This document shows positions 59,240 through 64,000 of a stretch of DNA of 64,000 bases, one piece after another; positions within the stretch are counted from its first letter, which is position 1; each line of letters opens with the position of its first letter. A model generated the notes under the pieces. That model saw nothing but the letters and a program-made list of their open reading frames with translations, was not told the DNA's origin and made no database searches. A program made the position numbers and the translations under genes. The stretch lies in IMG/VR virus record IMGVR_UViG_2645727757_000001, positions 1 through 64,000 of that record; one strand, written 5' to 3'. This stretch comes from a virus. Taxonomy: Duplodnaviria; Caudoviricetes.

Positions 59240-59578
59240 TTATACCATAAAATCTGGTGGCATTTTGATTTTATCTTTTACTGGTCGCCACATATGTAAA
59301 CAATGTTCATGTATATTTATATAATCCTCTTTTGGTGGGTGTAATTGCATTACTGTTTCATTGTCTTCAAAAAACATATCTTTAATCTTGCACATCGTGT
59401 CCCAAGATGGTGTTACATTTTTATGGCTTACGCTTACGTGTTCCCATTCATCTGTTTTAGCTGCAATTACGAATGTTTCTATATCATCTATTAACAGAAA
59501 AAAAGCACCATTATATTCATCACCAATTTCACCAAAAAGTTTAACTCTATAGTTGTTTAAATAATTTAAATTCTTCAT
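59240..59578 (-). CDS. Conserved phage hypothetical protein (WEHVSVS family)
   Basis: WEHVSVS..PSWDTMCKIKDMFF..E.VMQLHPP..YINIH..CLHMWRP, recognised as a widespread phage family. Confidence 0.7.
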   Translation of the reverse strand: MKNLNYLNNYRVKLFGEIGDEYNGAFFLLIDDIETFVIAAKTDEWEHVSVSHKNVTPSWDTMCKIKDMFFEDNETVMQLHPPKEDYINIHEHCLHMWRPVKDKIKMPPDFMV

Positions 59579-59970
59579 TTTGTTTCTCCCATCTCAATTA
59601 AATTCTCTTTTATACTAAAAAATGCAAATTCATATTTACATAATTTTAAGTTCTCATTTATATGATTATGTAAATCTAATTCAAAATCTTTAATACTTTC
59701 GTATTTTTTCCACCCTCTAGGTAAATAAATATAAAATAATTTATCAAGAGGATTTTCAAAAATAATGCCTGTTCCAGTTGATGATATGTTACAATTCAAC
59801 ATTTCTTTAGGCATAATTATAGATTTTTCTCTCCAATTACATATAGATAACAATTCATTTAAATCAAAATTATCCTTTAAAATATATCCTCTAGGAGATA
59901 TTTTATAACTAATATTTTCATCATCAAATCTAAAGGTATATACATTTATCTTCATTTTATTATTCTCCAT
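59575..59970 (-). CDS. Hypothetical protein (paralog of 59960..60364)
   Basis: ICNW...MLNCNISSTGTGIIFEN...YIYLPRGWKKY. Confidence 0.6.
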   Translation of the reverse strand: MENNKMKINVYTFRFDDENISYKISPRGYILKDNFDLNELLSICNWREKSIIMPKEMLNCNISSTGTGIIFENPLDKLFYIYLPRGWKKYESIKDFELDLHNHINENLKLCKYEFAFFSIKENLIEMGETK

Positions 59971-60364
59971 ATCCAGTTTTTATGGTTGGTTCTAGCATAA
60001 GCAAAGAAGCCATTAATGCTGTACGATCCATTTTTCCTATAATATTTTCTTTTATATCTTTTATTATTTCTTCAAATGTATTATATTCTTTCCATCCAAA
60101 AGGTAGTGATAAATATATTTTATTAGTAACTGTATTTTCAATTACTAAACCACTTCCTACCTGCGATAATGAACAATTTTTCATTATGTTTGGTCTTTCA
60201 CTACACCAAGCATCCCAATTACATAAATTAAATATTTTCATTAAATCAAATTTTGAATCTTCAACAAATCCATAATTTTTTATACTTATTTCTTTATCAG
60301 TAAACTCAACTTTAGATATATTTATTAGCATTATAATACCTCTTTCCCTTTTGTAAAAGTCCAT
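59960..60364 (-). CDS. Hypothetical protein (paralog of 59575..59970)
   Basis: LCNW...MKNCSLSQVGSGLVIEN...YLSLPFGWKEY; likely start at the ATG at 60331 after gaggt. Confidence 0.6.
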   Translation of the reverse strand: MDFYKRERGIIMLINISKVEFTDKEISIKNYGFVEDSKFDLMKIFNLCNWDAWCSERPNIMKNCSLSQVGSGLVIENTVTNKIYLSLPFGWKEYNTFEEIIKDIKENIIGKMDRTALMASLLMLEPTIKTGYGE

Positions 60365-60582
60365 AATTTTTTATCAGTTTCTATGATGATTTTATTATCA
60401 TTTTCATTAATATTTTTAATTACTTCATAATGAGTAAAGCCACCACCGTTCTTATATTTAACACGTAACTCTTCTCCTACGGAACTTAGTATATCACACT
60501 TTTTACCATTTACATATGATTTACATACTTCCTGCCTAGTCATAATACTTATAACAGATTCTAATATCATATTAATCTCCAA
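60331..60582 (-). CDS. Hypothetical protein
   Basis: ggag RBS before the ATG at 60570; stop overlaps the next start. Confidence 0.5.
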   Translation of the reverse strand: MEINMILESVISIMTRQEVCKSYVNGKKCDILSSVGEELRVKYKNGGGFTHYEVIKNINENDNKIIIETDKKLWTFTKGKEVL

Positions 60583-60707
60583 TCAGTGTATTAAAATTAT
60601 ATCTACAGTATATATAATTCTTTAAAAAACTTGAAAATCCTTCTAAATGGAAAAAAATGTTGATATAATTATATTGTAATTATGTTGTATAAACGGGGTA
60701 AAGTACT

Positions 60708-61040
60708 ATGGATTTTGATAAAAGCTTTGGAGAATTATTAAATGAATATAATCATATAATAGATAAAGATAAAGAAAAAAAAGAATATTATAAGCATAAA
60801 TGGGATTCATATGATATAGGTAATCTTACTATTATGAAATGTAAAGGAAACAATGGTGACGATTATTATACGATACTAAACCATGAAAACAATGTTCATG
60901 TGCATTCAGTAAGCTATAGCCTAACTAAAAGAATATGTAGAGTATATTTTGATATAAAAAATAATAGACCTGTAAAAGAAAAGATTAATATAGTTAGAAA
61001 GAAAGCTCTTAAATTATTTGGTACTAAAGTATTATATTAA
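60708..61040 (+). CDS. Hypothetical protein, lone (+) gene with its own promoter
   Basis: TGATATAAT extended -10 at 60661-60669, RBS gggg, followed by a hairpin. Confidence 0.6.
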   Translation: MDFDKSFGELLNEYNHIIDKDKEKKEYYKHKWDSYDIGNLTIMKCKGNNGDDYYTILNHENNVHVHSVSYSLTKRICRVYFDIKNNRPVKEKINIVRKKALKLFGTKVLY

Positions 61041-61043
61041 AAA

Positions 61044-61071
61044 ATGAACCCTAAAAATTTTTAGGGTTCAT
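61044..61071. terminator. Bidirectional terminator
   Basis: atgaaccctaaaaa-tttttagggttcat palindrome between convergent genes. Confidence 0.7.
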
Positions 61072-61397
61072 AATTTTTCATCACCTATAATATCAAAAAT
61101 TATTTTATCACGAATTTCATCAAGCATTTTATCAATTACATATTTCTTAGTAGATTTACTTAATTTATATTCTAATATATAGTTAATATTACAATCTTCT
61201 GCTAGTTCTTTTGATTTTATTCCTATAGGACATTCCGAACAGACATTTAAAAATTCATTGCCAGATACATATTTTGATACTACTTCTAAATCTCCATAAT
61301 CAGTTTTATTATAATCAGCTACATACTGATTTAATTTCTTTTTAGATATATTAAGTTCTTCAGCTGCTCTGTCAATATCAAATAATTTATATGCCAT
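61068..61397 (-). CDS. Hypothetical protein with possible N-terminal HTH
   Basis: IDRAAEELNISKKKL; CSECP. Confidence 0.5.
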   Translation of the reverse strand: MAYKLFDIDRAAEELNISKKKLNQYVADYNKTDYGDLEVVSKYVSGNEFLNVCSECPIGIKSKELAEDCNINYILEYKLSKSTKKYVIDKMLDEIRDKIIFDIIGDEKL

Positions 61398-61584
61398 TTA
61401 ATCCACCCTCTGGTACTATACAAGTTTTTCTTTCTATATCATTTACAGCTAATCTATTAGCAATCTCAAAAAGAAATGTACCTGCTTCTTCTTTTGCAGT
61501 AGTATATCCATGTAAGTTTTGTTTCCAATAATGAACTGTTCCTGTTGCAATAGTTCTATCTAGATCAACAATTAAATATTTCAT
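61387..61584 (-). CDS. Small hypothetical protein
   Basis: YWK.N..GYT...EEAG.F motif; overlaps the next gene. Confidence 0.5.
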   Translation of the reverse strand: MKYLIVDLDRTIATGTVHYWKQNLHGYTTAKEEAGTFLFEIANRLAVNDIERKTCIVPEGGLNGI

Positions 61585-61598
61585 AATATCACTCTCTT

Positions 61599-62162
61599 CT
61601 ATTGTATAGTTTTTACTAAATAATTATCACTAAGTCTTGTGATTCTAAGCATTTCATCATGCGTAAATTCTTTTGCTTCATCAATATTATCAGTAAAATT
61701 ATCTTTATCTTTCATATAATATATAATATTATTTTCTAATTTTATAATATTATATTTAACTCTTAATCTCATTTCTAATTTGTCTAATTCTCTAACTAAA
61801 ATTAATTTTTCTTCTGCATTATGTTTAGAATAATCAATACATTCATCTACTATTTTAAATACTTTACTAAGTTCTTGTGAATAGTTGAAAAGATTTGTTT
61901 TTGACATTTTAATAGTATACATTATCATAAAAGAATAAATTATTATTATTATTATAGATAATATATAGCTTCTTCTGCTTATTTCATAATCATTAATTAA
62001 AGTTAGAATTAAAGATATAACAAACATACCAATACTAAAACTATATCCTAAAAACATAGTTTTTAAACTTTTGTCTTTTTTATAATTGTAATTTTCGTTA
62101 TTACTTACAATACCATGTATTTTATCAATAAATACTAAATCATTTGATTTTTCCACTTTCAA
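61599..62162 (-). CDS. Two-TM membrane protein
   Basis: Two hydrophobic helices; TTG start with aaggag RBS. Confidence 0.6.
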   Translation of the reverse strand: MKVEKSNDLVFIDKIHGIVSNNENYNYKKDKSLKTMFLGYSFSIGMFVISLILTLINDYEISRRSYILSIIIIIIYSFMIMYTIKMSKTNLFNYSQELSKVFKIVDECIDYSKHNAEEKLILVRELDKLEMRLRVKYNIIKLENNIIYYMKDKDNFTDNIDEAKEFTHDEMLRITRLSDNYLVKTIQ

Positions 62163-62245
62163 AATATGTTATCTCCTTTTTGTAAATTTATTCTACAAAA
62201 TAAATTTTAACATAAATACTTACAAAATAACAATAAATATGTAAA

Positions 62246-62280
62246 ATGAGAAGGTATTATAAATTCAAATACCTTCTCAT
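62246..62280 (-). terminator. Intrinsic terminator
   Basis: atgagaaggtatt-N9-aataccttctcat with a T-tract on the minus strand. Confidence 0.7.
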
Positions 62281-62285
62281 AAAAA

Positions 62286-62498
62286 TTAATCATCAATTTC
62301 AACATGATCTTCATCTATATCAAAACTTGCAGTATTAAAAATTTTAGACATAGAATAATAAGCTTCATCTATAGCCTCATTTTTAGATTTAGCTTTTATT
62401 CTTTTATAGCATTTTACTGGAACTATAAAAGAGTGAACTATATCCTCATTATGTGCTTTAAGTTCTTCATAATCTATCTTTTCAATCATTGTCATCAT
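62286..62498 (-). CDS. Small hypothetical protein
   Basis: RIKAKSKNEAI motif; RBS aagga; likely start at the last ATG (62489). Confidence 0.5.
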   Translation of the reverse strand: MMTMIEKIDYEELKAHNEDIVHSFIVPVKCYKRIKAKSKNEAIDEAYYSMSKIFNTASFDIDEDHVEIDD

Positions 62499-62967
62499 CC
62501 TTTTCTATAAGTTTGTTTATTTCCACGAAGTTTTTAATAATATCAAATTTTGATTTTTCTAATGAACATTCTTTTATGAGAATATCAATAGGCTTATCAA
62601 AATGTTTCATAGAACCACTATAAACAAGTGAACGATTAGATATATTTTTATAAAGATATATTAATTCATCTTTAGGTATAATAAATATACTTGATACTGT
62701 ACTTTCATTTGCAAATCCTAAATTTTGCGAAATTATTATTTCATCTACGTTATAACATTCTGTTTGGTTGTAATTGCAATTAAAATTATATTCGTATTTA
62801 TTAAATATAGATGATAAATTATCTCTTCTATATAAGTTAGCACTATCATAAGTTGTAAATAATTTTACTTCATCTATAAATAAATTTTGTATAGGATTTG
62901 AAATTACGCTTTCGTATACTGGGAATTTTCTTGATTTTACATATAAATATGCTACGTCATTAGACAT
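62482..62967 (-). CDS. Hypothetical protein
   Basis: RBS gagg; 161 aa. Confidence 0.55.
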   Translation of the reverse strand: MSNDVAYLYVKSRKFPVYESVISNPIQNLFIDEVKLFTTYDSANLYRRDNLSSIFNKYEYNFNCNYNQTECYNVDEIIISQNLGFANESTVSSIFIIPKDELIYLYKNISNRSLVYSGSMKHFDKPIDILIKECSLEKSKFDIIKNFVEINKLIEKDDDND

Positions 62968-62994
62968 GATTTAATCATTCCTCTCATTTGTTAA

Positions 62995-63597
62995 TTAACA
63001 ACTAGCCCATCCATAGAATAGGTATTTGTGTATAGGTACTATTTTTCTATTAGGTAAGTCTTTTAATTTAGGTTTAGTTTTATATCTTTTTGTTTGTACG
63101 CTTGTATAAGAAATATCTGTATTAGAAGAATTTTTACTGCAATATTCTTTTTTTACTGTACACGTTATTCCATGTTTTAATGAGTAATTTAATGCTTCTT
63201 TGTTAGCTAATTCTTTTTTATCAAAAGAATTTACAAAAGAATCTGTACCACTAGTTCTTACAACGTACTTTAATTTAGCTGCTTTTTGATTCTTATTATT
63301 AACAACCTTTACAGTTCTAACATCGAAGCCTATAACTCCTAAATCAACATATTGAGCTTTCCACTTAATTCCATAGTCTTCATCTTCTTCTATGAATTTC
63401 ATAGCTTTCTTTTCATTTGTTTTACTCCATTTATCAAATTTCATAGTGCAACCTGATAAAGAACAAGTGTTTATGCTACCATTGTAATCTTGAAGTCCAT
63501 AATCATAATTAGCTTCCTCTACAAGTACTCTAAATGCTTTTTTAGCACTTTCACTTTCTATTTCGTGTAAAAAATTTGTTGCTCCCATTGTCATCAT
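62995..63597 (-). CDS. Conserved phage hypothetical protein
   Basis: MGATNF...AF..LVEEA..DYG...YNGSINT...YLFYGWASC; likely start 63588. Confidence 0.6.
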   Translation of the reverse strand: MMTMGATNFLHEIESESAKKAFRVLVEEANYDYGLQDYNGSINTCSLSGCTMKFDKWSKTNEKKAMKFIEEDEDYGIKWKAQYVDLGVIGFDVRTVKVVNNKNQKAAKLKYVVRTSGTDSFVNSFDKKELANKEALNYSLKHGITCTVKKEYCSKNSSNTDISYTSVQTKRYKTKPKLKDLPNRKIVPIHKYLFYGWASC

Positions 63598-63642
63598 CCT
63601 TTCTCATTTTATAATCTTATGTTAATTATTTTCTATATAAAA

Positions 63643-63666
63643 AAAGACAGAAACAAATCTGTCTTT
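63643..63666 (-). terminator. Intrinsic terminator
   Basis: aaagacaga-N6-tctgtcttt with a long T-tract on the minus strand. Confidence 0.65.
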
Positions 63667-63696
63667 AGTGTCAAAAAATATACTATATATCGGTAA

Positions 63697-63999
63697 TTAT
63701 TTTTGCAACTTGTTTAGTTGCTTATTTAATCTTTTAATTTCTTTGTCTTTTAATTCATTATCAAGAACATAGCTTTTATACAATGTTACAAGGCTTGATA
63801 AATCATCAAAATCTATGACAGTATAAATATTACTATCACCTTTAAATCTGAATGGTAAACACATAAATTTTGATGTATTAATGCATTCAGATTTAGCTTT
63901 TTCAATCCAGCTCTTGTGGATAGTTAAAGATTTTTCACCACTTTTTAGTAAAGTACCTATTCTTTCTTTACATTCGGGGTGTAGGACTGTATCTTTAAT
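63697..63999 (-). CDS. Partial Hjc-like PD-(D/E)XK nuclease/resolvase (5' end outside the window)
   Basis: Manual translation: IKDTVLHPECKERIG...KSLTIHKSWIEKAKSEC...KFMCLPFRF...LQK-stop; ECK and S.TI.K.W..K...E patterns; not in the ORF track. Confidence 0.55.
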   Translation of the reverse strand: MKDTVLHPECKERIGTLLKSGEKSLTIHKSWIEKAKSECINTSKFMCLPFRFKGDSNIYTVIDFDDLSSLVTLYKSYVLDNELKDKEIKRLNKQLNKLQK

Positions 64000-64000
64000 A

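Noticed and set aside
62304-62510. (+) strand ORF 62304..62510, and similar 59361..59552, 59982..60275, 49192..49383
   Set aside because: Overlap better-supported genes; no RBS or motifs
62487-63602. 17-bp identical AAAGGATGATGACAATG at two gene starts (62487-62503, 63586-63602)
   Set aside because: Explained as a reused RBS-plus-start context; too short to indicate a mobile element
63669-63674. Minus-strand TTGACA as a promoter for 62995..63597
   Set aside because: No -10 hexamer at 16-18 bp; that position falls inside the terminator stem
1-64000. Stop-codon reassignment (TAG recoding)
   Set aside because: Multi-kb ORFs are open under the standard code, and TAG terminates many genes that are followed by proper RBS and start codons

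Overview
Very AT-rich 64-kb segment of a large tailed phage or phage-plasmid genome, most likely from a Clostridium-like Firmicute host (inferred from AT content, strong GGAGG RBSs, sigmaA-type promoters and cell-wall hydrolases). Positions 1-46.7 kb are a (+) strand morphogenesis block for a contractile-tail-type baseplate: hub/lysin, spike, gp25-like, J-like, wedge, large fibres, and Ig/vWA adhesins. Positions 46.8-56.7 kb are a (+) strand replication/recombination/transcription block behind a perfect TTGACA-17-TATAAT promoter: AEP primase, an inserted Asp-box tail fibre, DnaB-like helicase, Cas4/RecB-like nuclease, RuvC-like resolvase and a sigma factor. Positions 56.7-64 kb are mostly small (-) strand genes, plus a degenerate Xer-like recombinase and a candidate sRNA. 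Main finding: the 2939-aa first ORF sits where a tape-measure gene would be expected. It carries, collinearly in one chain, recognisable beta-type then beta'-type motifs of two-barrel RNA polymerases, including the catalytic NADIDGD. It also has an N-terminal DEDDh 3'-5' exonuclease domain and a C-terminal hydrophobic segment, making it a candidate virion-delivered single-chain RNA polymerase with a fused nuclease. All assignments come from motif reading by eye; no searches were run.
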